Positions 1 to 9,633 of a stretch of 64,000 bases of DNA are shown here, piece by piece. Under the pieces are notes generated by a model, which saw only the letters and a program-made list of their open reading frames with translations, searched no databases and had not been told where the DNA came from. Origin of the DNA: an uncultured Chloroflexia bacterium. Lineage in GTDB: Bacteria; Chloroflexota; Limnocylindria; Limnocylindrales; CSP1-4. Both the position numbers and the translations under genes were made by a program. Position 1 is the stretch's first letter. Each line of letters opens with the position of its first letter. The DNA is taken from assembly GCA_963703575.1 (NCBI GenBank), contig CAVPEU010000026.1, positions 65,850 through 129,849 of the forward strand, in the 5' to 3' direction.

Positions 1-354
1 CGTCGACGAGCGCCTGCGGGTTCGCGGTGTCGGCGGACAGGAACACGTCGATCGGCGCGCCCTGTTCGATCTGCGTCCGGAGGGCCGCCGAGGAGTCGGT
101 CGCGACCACGAAGGTCGTGCCCGGATGGGCGGCCGAGTACGCGTCCGCGAGGTCGGTGGCGGCCACCCGGAGGGATGCCGCGGCGGCGACGTGCAGCTCT
201 GTCCGGCCGGCGTCATTGCCGGTGGCGGCGGGCCCGCAGCCGCCCACCAGGACGGCGGCCAGGACGGCGGCCAGGACGGCGGCCGGGACGCCGATGGCCG
301 CGATCGACCTCCGCCGGGCAGGACGGCGCGCCGCGGCCGGGGCGCCCTCCCCGG
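1..354 (-). CDS. modA: Molybdate ABC transporter substrate-binding protein, 5' part; gene continues beyond the window start
   Basis: The minus-strand translation reads VSPARTGEGAPAAARRPARRRSIAAIGVPAAVLAAVLVGGCGPAATGNDAGRTELHVAAAASLRVAATDLADAYSAAHPGTTFVVATDSSAALRTQIEQGAPIDVFLSADTANPQALVD. This is a lipoprotein-type signal followed by a ModA-like N-terminus. It lies immediately downstream of the TOBE-domain regulator. Confidence 0.6.
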
Positions 355-366
355 TTCGGGCCGGAC

Positions 367-798
367 TCACGATCGCGCCTCGCGGCCCGCGGGGACCTCC
401 ACCACGACGTTCGTGGCCTTGACCATGCACACGGCCTCGTCGCCCACGCGGAGGCCCAGCTCGTCCACCGCCTCCGCCGTCATGAGGCTCACGACCCGGT
501 GCGGCCCCGCGAGCACCTCGACGACGGCGACGACGCGGTCCCGTTCGATCCGGGTGACGATGCCCGCGAACCGGTTGCGGGCGGACTGCGCGACGATCGG
601 CCGGTCCGCGACGGTTCGACGCCGCTCGGCGAGCAGCCGGGTCACCTCCGCCACGGGCACCAGGCGCTGGCCGCCGCGCGAACGGTCCACGCGCAGGCGA
701 CCCGCCGTCTCCCAGCGGCGCAGCGTCTCCACCGTGACGCCGAGCATCTCGGCAGCCTGCCCGACTCGAAGCTGATCCCTGGGGTTGGAGTGGTCCAT
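367..798 (-). CDS. MerR/excisionase-type HTH regulator fused to a TOBE (Mop, molybdopterin-binding) domain; putative molybdate-responsive regulator
   Basis: The N-terminus LRVGQAAEMLGVTVETLRRWETAGRL is an HTH. The C-terminus NRFAGIVTRIERDRVVAVVEVLAGPHRVVSLMTAEAVDELGLRVGDEAVCMVKATNVVV is a TOBE/Mop fold. It sits upstream of modA on the same strand. Confidence 0.75.
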   Translation of the reverse strand: MDHSNPRDQLRVGQAAEMLGVTVETLRRWETAGRLRVDRSRGGQRLVPVAEVTRLLAERRRTVADRPIVAQSARNRFAGIVTRIERDRVVAVVEVLAGPHRVVSLMTAEAVDELGLRVGDEAVCMVKATNVVVEVPAGREARS

Positions 799-862
799 CC
801 CCAGATATTAGCGACTGATCAGCATCCAGAACAGATGGATGGCCGACTTTGGCTCCTGGGCC

Positions 863-1566
863 CTACGTCCCGTCCGGCGCGCTCGTGGGCGAGGCCAGCG
901 CCGGGGTCATCTCGTGGCACAGCACGCAGGTCGAGTCCGCGCGCAACGCGTGGTTGATCGGGAGGGCGCCCACGTCCGCCGCCTGGTGGCAGGTCCGGCA
1001 GGTCAGGTCGGGCCGGTCCGGGTGCGGCTTCTGGGGTGGCGGCAGGGAGGCGGGCTTGTGGCACAGCCAGCAGTTGTCCTGGTTGCGCCCGACCATGCTC
1101 GATGGCAGGTGCGCGACCGATCCGTGGCACTCGAGGCACGGTCGGTTGAGGTTCGCGTGCGCCTGCGTGATCGCCGGGCCGTCCGGGGCCTCCTTGTGGC
1201 AGTTGAGGCATTCGCCCTGGGCGATGCCCTCGTGGCCCGGCGCCTTCCGCCCCAGCTCCTCGTTCGTGTGGCAGACGAGGCACGCCGTCCAGCCCGTCAG
1301 CGGGTGGCCGACGGCCGGGATCGTCTTGAGCCCGGCCGAGCCACCGGAGACATGGCACAGCAGGCAATCGGCGGAGGTCGGGATATGCGCCAGCCCCATC
1401 TCCATGGTCGGCACCGACGGTGACGCCGAGGCCGCGGGGCTCGCGTCGCCGGTCTGCGGCGGCAGGATCTCCAGCCAGTCCGCGATCATCGCGAAGGCGA
1501 GCAGGCCGACGACCAGGATGTTGGCGACGATCAGGGCCCGAAGGCCGAGGTCGACCTTGCTGTTCA
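863..1566 (-). CDS. Membrane-anchored heptaheme cytochrome c, last gene of the hydrogenase operon
   Basis: There are seven CxxCH motifs: CLLCH, CLVCH, CLNCH, CLECH, CWLCH, CRTCH, CVLCH. An N-terminal hydrophobic anchor reads LRALIVANILVVGLLAFAMIADWL. The ATG overlaps the hupD stop (ATGA). Confidence 0.8.
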
Positions 1567-2139
1567 TGCCGTCGCTCCTGTGGGCAGACCCGGTTGCGCG
1601 CGTCGAGCGGAGCCCGAGGCGGCGGCACGGGCATCGAGCGCCGCGAGCTCCCGGCGCGCCGCCGCCACCGCCCGCGGCATGGCGGCCGCCACGCGGGCGG
1701 ACAGCGCCGGGCCGGGCCCGATCTCCCCCACCCCGATCCCGACCACGGATACCGCGGCCGGCAGGACGCCCAGCATCGCCGCCACCGCCAGCAGCTCTTC
1801 GACCCCCCGGCCGCCGCCGCGCGCCGCGCGCCCGGCCCAGCCGCCGGTCGCGTGCGCGTCGCGCCGCGCGGTCACCGTCCCGGCGGGCGCGCCGAGGTCG
1901 GCGTCCACGATCAGCAGCCCCCGCGCGCCGTCGAGGTACCGGAGCAGGTCCAGGCCGAGCGTCCCGCCATCCACGAGGCGGGTCTCCGGCGGCAGGGCGT
2001 CCGGGTCCGCCTCGGCCGGTTCCCGCAGCGCCTCGGCCGGTTCCCGCAGCGCCTCGACCACGCGGACGCCGACCCCGTCGTCGCCGAGCAGGATGTTGCC
2101 GATCCCGATCGCGACCAGGGGCCCGTGCGTGGCGCTCAC
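1564..2139 (-). CDS. hupD: Hydrogenase maturation endopeptidase (HyaD/HupD/HybD family)
   Basis: LVAIGIGNILLGDDGVGVRVVEAL...LVDGGTLGLDLL is typical of the hydrogenase large-subunit C-terminal processing protease. It contains an in-frame 21-bp duplication (REPAEALREPAEA). It is translationally coupled to its neighbours. Confidence 0.8.
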   Translation of the reverse strand: MSATHGPLVAIGIGNILLGDDGVGVRVVEALREPAEALREPAEADPDALPPETRLVDGGTLGLDLLRYLDGARGLLIVDADLGAPAGTVTARRDAHATGGWAGRAARGGGRGVEELLAVAAMLGVLPAAVSVVGIGVGEIGPGPALSARVAAAMPRAVAAARRELAALDARAAASGSARRAQPGLPTGATA

Positions 2140-2927
2140 CCGATCCGCTCCAGGAGCTCGGGGCCGCCATCACGGGACTCCACGACCTCTTCCCGGGTCG
2201 GGAACTTGTAGCCCGCGATCATGCTCGACACCAGCCCGTTGTTCTCGATGTGGTCGACGAGGATGCAGCTGTACACGTGGAACACCGCGATCGCGAGGAT
2301 GGCCCACATCGCCAGGTGGTGCACCAGCCGCAGCAGCTGCGGCCCGAGCAGCTCGCGCAGCCAGCCGAACAGCGTCGCGCCGGGCTGGGCACCGGTGAGC
2401 CCGTCCAGCGCGAACCCGGTGACCACTTCGACGAGCAACAGCGCGAACAGCGCGAGGTACGCGGCCGCGGCCAGCTGGTTGTGCCCCAGGACCTTCGGGA
2501 TCTCCTTGCGGATGAACCCGTAGAAGCCGGCCTGCCGGAACAGCTCCATCGCCTGGTTGCGCGTCGTCGGGATGAACGCGGACCAGCGCGAGAACCGGTT
2601 GCCCGCCAGGAGCCAGTACGTGCGCACGAGGCCCGACAGGAGGAAGGCGAACGCGGTCAGGATGTGGACCGTCCTGATCGTGGACATCACGTTGCCGCCC
2701 GGGGGGATGAGGAACGGGTCGGCGATGTAGCCGCCGGTCAGGCTCAGGATCACGATGCAGGCCGCCGTCACCCAGTGCGTGACGCGGACGGGGATCTGCC
2801 ATACGTACAGGCGGACGCGCTCGTGCGGGCGATCGATGGCGTGGGCGGGCGCACCAACCGCAGTCGCGACGGGTTCGCCCACGCGGACGCGGCGCCGGAG
2901 CCGCAACCTGGACCGGATGGCGGTCAT
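2136..2927 (-). CDS. hupC: Ni/Fe-hydrogenase b-type cytochrome subunit
   Basis: The RLYVWQIPVRVTHWVTAACIVILSLTGGYIADPF motif is HyaC/HupC-like, and the protein has four TM helices. The start is the internal Met MTAIRS, whose ATG overlaps the large-subunit stop. Confidence 0.85.
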   Translation of the reverse strand: MTAIRSRLRLRRRVRVGEPVATAVGAPAHAIDRPHERVRLYVWQIPVRVTHWVTAACIVILSLTGGYIADPFLIPPGGNVMSTIRTVHILTAFAFLLSGLVRTYWLLAGNRFSRWSAFIPTTRNQAMELFRQAGFYGFIRKEIPKVLGHNQLAAAAYLALFALLLVEVVTGFALDGLTGAQPGATLFGWLRELLGPQLLRLVHHLAMWAILAIAVFHVYSCILVDHIENNGLVSSMIAGYKFPTREEVVESRDGGPELLERIG

Positions 2928-4690
2928 CGACGGGCCTCCCCGCCCAGCACGCGGACCTCGATCCCGCCGCTCGGGCGGTCGAGCGCGTGCACCGCGCACG
3001 CGGTGCACGGGTCGAACGAGTGGACGGTGCGCAGGATCTCGAGCGGCTGGGTCGCGTCCGCCACGGGCGTCCCGACCAGCGCCTCCTCCATCGGGCCCCG
3101 GGCGCCCGTCGCATCGCGCGGGGAGGCGTTCCACGTCGTCGCGTCCACCACCTGGTACCGCCGGACGACCCGGTCGCGGATGGTGACCCAGTGCCCGACC
3201 GCTCCCCGCGGGCCTTCGCCCAGCGACCACCCTTCGGCGGTGTCGGGCCAGGTCGACGGATCCCAGCGGCTCAGGTCGGCAACGGCGAGGTCCCCGGTCG
3301 ACAGGCTCGACTTGAGCTCCCGCAGCCAGCCGTCGGCTCGCCTGACGACGATGCTGGTCTCGACGGCCTTGGCCACGATCCGGCCCATCGTGCTCACCAG
3401 CCCGTCCGGCGACATGCCGACGGCGGTCATCGCGGTGCCGAGCGCCGACTGCGCATCGGTGTACCCGTCCGCGTAGGCCACCAGCAATCGCGCGAGCGGT
3501 CCCACCTCCATCGGCCGGCCGTCGTAGCGGGGCGCCTTGATCCAGCTGTACTGCGCCGATCCCTCCAGGGAGGTGACCGGCAGCGCCGGGCCCGAGTACA
3601 GGGGGCTGGTCTCGCCCGCGGCCGGGTGGCGGAGCGTCGCGATACCCTCCTGGTCCGTGTACCAGGCGTTGGCCACGGTCTCCGCCACGGCCTGCTGGTC
3701 CACGCTGTCCACGGCGGCCAGCCCCGGGGCCGCGACGCGGCCGCGCGGCAGGTAGAGCGAAGGCTTCGCACCGTCGCCCTCGGGGAACTCCCCGTAGGAG
3801 AGGAACCGCCCGACCCCGGCCCCGATGCCGGTCCAGTCCGGGTAGGCCTTCGCCAGCGCCAGCACGTCCGGCAGGAACAGCTGGTCAACGAAGGTCAGGG
3901 CGGCGTTCGTGAGGTCGTCCACGATCCTGAGGCCGGCCTCGCTCAGGGCCATGGGTGCGTCGTGCTCCGGCACGGGTGGGTGGGTACCCGGCCCGAGGGG
4001 ACCGCCCCATACCGGCGACAAGGTCATGCCGCCCACGAGATACGACTGCGGGTGCGGGTCCCGGCCGCCCAGCAGCGCATGGATCCGCATGTACCCGCGC
4101 TGCCAGTTCAGGGCCTCGAGCCCGTGCGCCAGGAGCAGCAGGTCCTGCTCCGGCGACAGCCGGTAGGCCGGGTGACCCCAGTAGCCGTTCGCGTACGGTC
4201 CGCCCTGCCCGGACGCCATCGCCGCCGAGAGGCGGTCGCGGATGCCGCTGAAGTAGTCCGGGCTGGACTGCGGCCAGCCGCCGAGCGAGCGAGCGAGCGT
4301 CGAGGTGGCCGCCGGGTCGGCGCCGAGCGCCGCCTCCGCATCGACCCAGTCGGGCAACTGGGCGAGGTAGAACTGGACGACGTGGTCGCGCACCAGCTGC
4401 GTGGCGGCCAGCAGGTTGCGGATGAGCCGGGCGTTGGTGGGGATCGTCACGCCCAGCGCACGCTCGACGGCGCGCACCGAGGCCAGCGCATGCACGCCGG
4501 TGCAGGTGCCGCAGATGCGCTCGGCCACCATCCAGGCATCCCGCGGATCGCGGTTCCGAAGGACGAGCTCGATGCCCCGGAACATCGTGCCGGAGCTCCA
4601 TGCGTCGGTGACCGTTCCGCCGGTGACCTCCGCCTCGACGCGCAGGTGGCCGCCGACACGCGTGACGGGATCGATCGCCATGCGCGCCAT
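2924..4690 (-). CDS. hupL: [NiFe] hydrogenase large subunit (group 1, membrane-bound uptake type)
   Basis: The N-terminal Ni-binding motif is RICGTCTGVH and the C-terminal motif is DPCTACAVH. The true start is MARMAIDPVTRVGGHLRVEAEV (ATG 4690..4688), 1 nt after the small-subunit stop. Confidence 0.9.
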   Translation of the reverse strand: MARMAIDPVTRVGGHLRVEAEVTGGTVTDAWSSGTMFRGIELVLRNRDPRDAWMVAERICGTCTGVHALASVRAVERALGVTIPTNARLIRNLLAATQLVRDHVVQFYLAQLPDWVDAEAALGADPAATSTLARSLGGWPQSSPDYFSGIRDRLSAAMASGQGGPYANGYWGHPAYRLSPEQDLLLLAHGLEALNWQRGYMRIHALLGGRDPHPQSYLVGGMTLSPVWGGPLGPGTHPPVPEHDAPMALSEAGLRIVDDLTNAALTFVDQLFLPDVLALAKAYPDWTGIGAGVGRFLSYGEFPEGDGAKPSLYLPRGRVAAPGLAAVDSVDQQAVAETVANAWYTDQEGIATLRHPAAGETSPLYSGPALPVTSLEGSAQYSWIKAPRYDGRPMEVGPLARLLVAYADGYTDAQSALGTAMTAVGMSPDGLVSTMGRIVAKAVETSIVVRRADGWLRELKSSLSTGDLAVADLSRWDPSTWPDTAEGWSLGEGPRGAVGHWVTIRDRVVRRYQVVDATTWNASPRDATGARGPMEEALVGTPVADATQPLEILRTVHSFDPCTACAVHALDRPSGGIEVRVLGGEARR

Positions 4691-4691
4691 G

Positions 4692-5927
4692 TCAGCGCAC
4701 CTCCGGGACAGCGGGCCCGGCAGGCTCCGGCTCGGGCGCCACGGCCTCGACCTCGGGCGCCACGGCCTCGGCGGGCGCCTCCGCCTCGGCGGGCGCCTCC
4801 GCCACGGCAGCCGCCCCCTCCGGCGCGCCGGCGAGCGCGACCGCAGCCCGTCGATCTGCCGCATCACGCCGTTTTCGGACGACGGTCATGCCCGCGCCAT
4901 GGAGCACCGCAAGACCGCCGACCCCGCCGACCAGCGCCGCGCCGACCAGGTCGGCCGTCAGGCCCGGGAACGCGGGCACCGGCGAAGGGAGCCGCAGGTA
5001 GAACGGGCTCATCGCGTCCCAGAAGCCGGGCATCGTGCAGCCGATGCAGCCGTGCCCGGCGCGCACGGGCCAGCTCGTGCCCTGCGCGAAGCGCTTCGAC
5101 GCGCAGTTGCCGAACGCCTCGGGGCCCTTGCACCCCATCTTGTACAGGCACCAGCCCTTCTGGGCGCCCTCGTCACCCCAGGACCGGACGAACTCGCCGA
5201 ACTCGAAGTGGGGCCGCCGTTCGCACTCGTTGTGGATCAGCATCCCGTACGCGAACAGCGGGCGACGCATCATGTCGGTCGCCGGCCACTCCTTGAACGC
5301 GAGGTAGTGGACGATCGTGGCGACCAGGTTCTCGACGTTCACCGGGCAGCCGGGAAGCGCGATCGTGGGCGTGTTCGAGACGACCTCGCGCAGGCTCGCG
5401 CTGCCGGTCACGCCACCCCCGGCGCCGGGCACGCCTCCGTCGAACGCGCACGCCCCGACCGCGATCGTCGCGAGGGCACCGTTGGCCACCTCGCGCACGA
5501 TGTCCACGAACGGCCGCCCGCCGACCAGGCAGAAGGCGCCGCCGGCCGCGGTCGGGATGCCGCCTTCCACCACGACGACGTACCCGTCCGGGTACCGCTC
5601 CATCGCGCTCGTCAGGGACAGGTCCGTCGCGGCGCCGGCCGGGGCCATCAGCGTCTCGTGGTACTCGAGCGAGAGGATGTCCAGCAGCAGCGAGGCGGTC
5701 GAGGGGTCCGGCGCCCGGAGGAAGGCCTCCGTCTCACCGCCGCAGTCCTGGCCGCGCAGCCAGATGACGGGCAGCCGCGGCGCCGTCTCCACCGCCTTCG
5801 CGATCCGCGGCGCGTACGCGGCCGGCAGGGCAAGGGCGGCCGTCATCGCGGTCGTGAACTGGAGGAATGCGCGGCGGGACATCCCGCGCCGAACCAGCGC
5901 GGCATAGATCCCGTCGTCTGCCATCAC
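4692..5927 (-). CDS. hupS: [NiFe] hydrogenase small subunit with Tat signal peptide
   Basis: SRRAFLQF is a twin-arginine motif. The Fe-S cluster cysteine pattern (GCxGC..., CIGCT) is present, followed by a C-terminal TM anchor and an Ala/Pro/Glu-rich repetitive tail. Confidence 0.9.
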   Translation of the reverse strand: MMADDGIYAALVRRGMSRRAFLQFTTAMTAALALPAAYAPRIAKAVETAPRLPVIWLRGQDCGGETEAFLRAPDPSTASLLLDILSLEYHETLMAPAGAATDLSLTSAMERYPDGYVVVVEGGIPTAAGGAFCLVGGRPFVDIVREVANGALATIAVGACAFDGGVPGAGGGVTGSASLREVVSNTPTIALPGCPVNVENLVATIVHYLAFKEWPATDMMRRPLFAYGMLIHNECERRPHFEFGEFVRSWGDEGAQKGWCLYKMGCKGPEAFGNCASKRFAQGTSWPVRAGHGCIGCTMPGFWDAMSPFYLRLPSPVPAFPGLTADLVGAALVGGVGGLAVLHGAGMTVVRKRRDAADRRAAVALAGAPEGAAAVAEAPAEAEAPAEAVAPEVEAVAPEPEPAGPAVPEVR

Positions 5928-6183
5928 GTCACGCTCGCACGCTCGCCGTGGCGGGCGGGTACCGGAGGCCCCACATCGGCCATGGCGCGATCAGGGGGAC
6001 GCCGGCACCGATGATGGCCGACGCGCGTGTTCCGGCCATGGGCCACAGGTCGCCCGCGGGGATGGCCCAGGGCATGGCCGGGGGGCCGGATGGCAAGGGG
6101 GACCCCGGGCCCCAACGGCACGGCCCACGACGCGACACGGCCCCTCCGCGACGGTCGGAGGGGCCCGTGGATGGGCGGACGGG

Positions 6184-6258
6184 TGGTGAGCCGGCAGGGA
6201 TTCGAACCCTGAACCTAGTGATTAAGAGTCACTTGCTCTACCGTTGAGCTACCGGCCC
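6184..6258 (-). tRNA. tRNA-Lys (anticodon CTT)
   Basis: The reverse complement folds as a cloverleaf: acceptor GGGCCGG/CCGGCTC, anticodon arm AGTGA-CTCTTAA-TCACT, T-arm GGTTCGAATCC, and an encoded CCA. Confidence 0.8.
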
Positions 6259-6315
6259 GAACCGGCGGAAGGATAGCGCACCTCGCGAGCGGCGGGCGCG
6301 ACCCCGTCCCCTCCG

Positions 6316-7825
6316 TCACCCCGGCTGGTTGTCGATCTGCGCCCGCTGCAGCCGGCCGCTGTAGTCCACGTACACGGCCTTCCACTCGGTGAACGTGTCC
6401 AGCGCGGCGTGGCCCGCCTCGCGGTGGCCGTTGCCGGTGTCCTTCCAGCCGCCGAACGGGAGGTGCGTCTCGGCCCCGGTCGTGCCGGCGTTGACGTAGA
6501 CGATGCCGGCCTCGAAGTCGCGCATCGCGCGGAAGGCGGTGTTCACGTCGCGGGTGAAGACGGACGCCGAGAGCCCGTACTTCACCTGGTTCGCGGCCGT
6601 CATCGCCTCCGCGTAGCCGTCGACCGGGACGACGGACAGCACGGGGCCGAAGATCTCCTCCTGGGCGATGGTGGCCATCGGCGCCACGCCCGTGAAGATC
6701 GTCGGGCGGTAGAAATGGCCGTGCTCGAGCCCGGCTCCGGTCGCGCGCTCGCCGCCCGTCACCAGCTCGCCCTCGCGGCGGCCGATGCCGACGTACCGCT
6801 CGACCTTGTCCACCGCCGGGGCGTTGACGAGCGGCCCGACGTCGGTGGCCTCGTCCAGGCCCGGGCCGAGGCGGAGGACCTTCGTGCGCGCCTCCAGCCG
6901 CGCGACCAGGTCGTCGGCCACGGGACCGGTCCACGATCACCCGCGAGCACGCCGTGCAGCGCTGGCCGGCCGTCCCGAACGCCGACCACAGGATCCCGTC
7001 CACGGCGAGGTCCAGGTCCGCGTCCCGGAGCACGACCACCGCGTTCTTGCCGCCGAGCTCCAGGCTCAGGCGCTTGAGCCGGCGTCCGGCGCGCTCCGCG
7101 ATCCCCCGCCCCGTCGCGGACGAGCCCGTGAACGAGATCACGCGCACGTCCGGGCTCTCGACGATCGCGTGCCCCACCTCCGCGCCGGCGCCGGTCACCA
7201 GGTTGACGACGCCGGGCGGGACGCCTGCCTCGTCCATGAGCTCCACCAGGAGGGTGGCGCAGTGCGGCGCGTCGGAGGCGGGCTTGAACACCACCGTGTT
7301 GCCGGTCACCAGCGCGGGCATCAGCTTCCAGCACGGGATCGCCACCGGGAAGTTCCAGGGCGTCACGATTCCGGCCACGCCGATCGGCTGGCGGATGCTC
7401 ATCGCCCACTTGTCCGGGAGCTCGGACGGGACCGTGTCGCCGAACATCCGCCGGCCCTCGCCGGCCATCAGGAACGCGATGTCGATCCCTTCCTGGACGT
7501 CGCCGCGGGCCTCGGTGAGGACCTTGCCCATCTCGCGGGTCATCGCGCGGGCAAGGCGCTCCTTGTGCTCCGCCATGAGCGCGCCGAAGCGATACAGGAT
7601 CTCGCCGCGCCTGGGGGCCGGTGTCGCCTTCCAGGCCGGCAGCGCCTCCTCGGCGGCGTGGATCGCCATGGCGGTGTCCGCGGCGGACCCGGCCTGGAAG
7701 CGGCCCACGATGTCCCGCGTGTCGGCGGGGTTGACGCTGTCGAAGGTCTCGCCGGAGACGCCGTCCACCCAGCGGCCGGCGATGAACAGGCGGAACACGG
7801 GAGCCTCGACGGCGGCCTCGGACAT
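6316..7825 (-). pseudogene. Aldehyde dehydrogenase (NAD(P)+) disrupted by a single-base frameshift near 6925
   Basis: The N-terminal part reads to ...ELGGKNAVVVLRDADLDLAVDGILWSAFGTAGQRCTACSRVIVDRS in one frame. The C-terminal part (V)ADDLVARLEARTKVLRLGPGLDEATDVGPLV... continues in the +1 frame from 6921. The junction gaccggtcccgtggccgac has an extra C in a CCC run. Confidence 0.7.
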
Positions 7826-8009
7826 CGGACAACCTCGCGTGACGGATGGGTCGACGTGCGGGTCGATCGTCCGGCGCACGGGGCACCCGCGTCAAACGCC
7901 GGGGGCCGTCGTCTCCCCGGCACCCGAGCCGATGAAGGCGTCACGCCCGTGGAGGCGTCAGACCGGTGGACGCGTCAGACCCGCTCGAAGGCCATCGCGA
8001 CGGGCCGCG

Positions 8010-9246
8010 TCAGGCCCGCTCGAAGGCCATCGCGACGGACCCACCGCCCCCCAGGCACAGGGTGGCCATGCCGTACCGGCCCTCGCGGCGGCGCAGCTCG
8101 TGGAGCAGCGTCGCGACGATGCGCGCGCCGCTGGCCCCGATCGGGTGCCCCAGCGCGATCGCCCCGCCGTTCACGTTCACCTTCGACCAGTCGAAGCCGA
8201 GCTCGCGCCCGTCCGCCAGGACCTGGGCGGCGAATGCCTCGTTGATCTCGATCAGGTCGAACGCGTCCGGCCCGAGGCCGGTCCGCGCCTCGAGCCCGCG
8301 GACGCCGTCGACCGGCGCCAGGAACAGCCACCTGGGCGTGACCTCGGCCTGCGCGTACCCGACGATCCGGGCGAGCGGCTTGAGGCCGTACCGCTCGACC
8401 GCCCGCTCCGAGGCGACGACCGTGGCCGCCCCGCCGTCGGTGATGCCCGGCGCGTTGCCCGCGGTGACCGTGCCGGTCGTGGCGGTGCCCCGGTCCTCGC
8501 CGGTCGGGAGGTCGAACACGGGCGCGAGCCGGGCCAGCGCCTCCGGGGTGGTGTCGCGGCGGGGGCTCTCGTCGGTGCTGATGACGGTCTCGCGGCCCTT
8601 CGCGTCGCGGATGGTCACCGGCGCCATCTCGTCGTCGAAGCGGCCGGCGTCCTGGGCCGCGATCGCATTCCGGTGGCTCGCCAGCGCCAGCGCGTCCTGG
8701 TCCTCGCGGCTCACCCCGGCCTTGATCGCCACGCGCTCGGCGTGGGTGCCCATGTGGCAGTCCTCGATCGAGCACCACAGGCCATCGAGCACGGTCGAAA
8801 TCCTCCAGTGTCCCGTTGCCCAGCCGGTAGCCGAAGCGGGCCTTGCGCAGGAGGAACGGCGCCTGGTTCATCGACTCCATGCCGCCCGCGACGTACAGGT
8901 CGCCGTCGCCGGCCTTCACCGAGGCTGCCGCGAACATGATCGCCTTGAGCCCGGAGCCGCAGACGCGGTTGATCGTGGTGGCGGGCGTCGTGTCCGCGAG
9001 GCCGGCCCGCAGGAGCGCCTGGCGTGCCGGGGCCTGGCCCGCGCCGGCCTGCAGCACCTGGCCCATGATCACCTCGTCGATCGGCGCCTCCGCCGGCAGC
9101 CCGGACCGGGTCACCGCCGCGCGGATGGCGGTCGCGCCGAGCTCCACCGCGGGCACGCCCGCCAGCGCGCCCCCGAACTTGCCGATCGGCGTGCGCGCCG
9201 CGCTGACGAGATAGACATGGCCGCTGGGGCCGCTCGTGAGGTCCAT
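8010..9246 (-). pseudogene. Acetyl-CoA acetyltransferase (thiolase) disrupted by a frameshift near 8795
   Basis: The N-frame [26 protein letters not shown]...[11 protein letters not shown]...[10 protein letters not shown] then loses the thiolase sequence. The C-frame (8792 downward) continues [25 protein letters not shown]...[25 protein letters not shown]...[15 protein letters not shown]. Confidence 0.7.
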
Positions 9247-9302
9247 CGGGGCAATCTACGCCGACTCGACCGGCGCCGCGCGGCACGGGTGCCGCGAGCG
9301 CG

Positions 9303-9441
9303 CACCCTGCCGGGTGCCCACCCACCGTGCCGGGTGCCACGCACCCTGCCGGGTGCCCACCCACCGTGCCGCGTGCCACGCACCCTGCCTCGTGCCCACC
9401 CACCCTGCCTGGTGCCCGCAGACCCTGCCTCGTGCCCACCC
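9303..9441. repeat. Intergenic tandem repeat, about 7 copies of a 19-20 bp unit (acccTGCCgGGTGCCCACCc)
   Basis: The copies are directly abutting and degenerate, at 9303-9441, in the non-coding region upstream of the thiolase gene. Confidence 0.8.
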
Positions 9442-9633
9442 AGTGGACACTCGCCAACGGCGGGGTCGACTCCCGACCCCGTTCCGCCCCGGCGTTCGGC
9501 CCAGTCGTTGCTGACGCCCACCGGACCGGGCATTTGACACGGACGTCGAGGTTCCAGGGCAGGCTGGCCCGGCGAGCGCCCACCACATGGGCGTCCGTCA
9601 GGCGAACAGGGCCCGGGGCCGAAGCACCAGGCC

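Noticed and set aside
849-3476. An 875-aa plus-strand ORF spanning the hydrogenase operon. Similar very long ORFs occur at 2987-5296 and 55348-59250, alongside many 100-500 aa ORFs antisense to genes.
   Set aside because: They are stop-free by chance in roughly 70% GC DNA. Their translations are Arg/Pro/Ala/Gly-rich with no motifs. They overlap well-supported genes on the other strand or in another frame.
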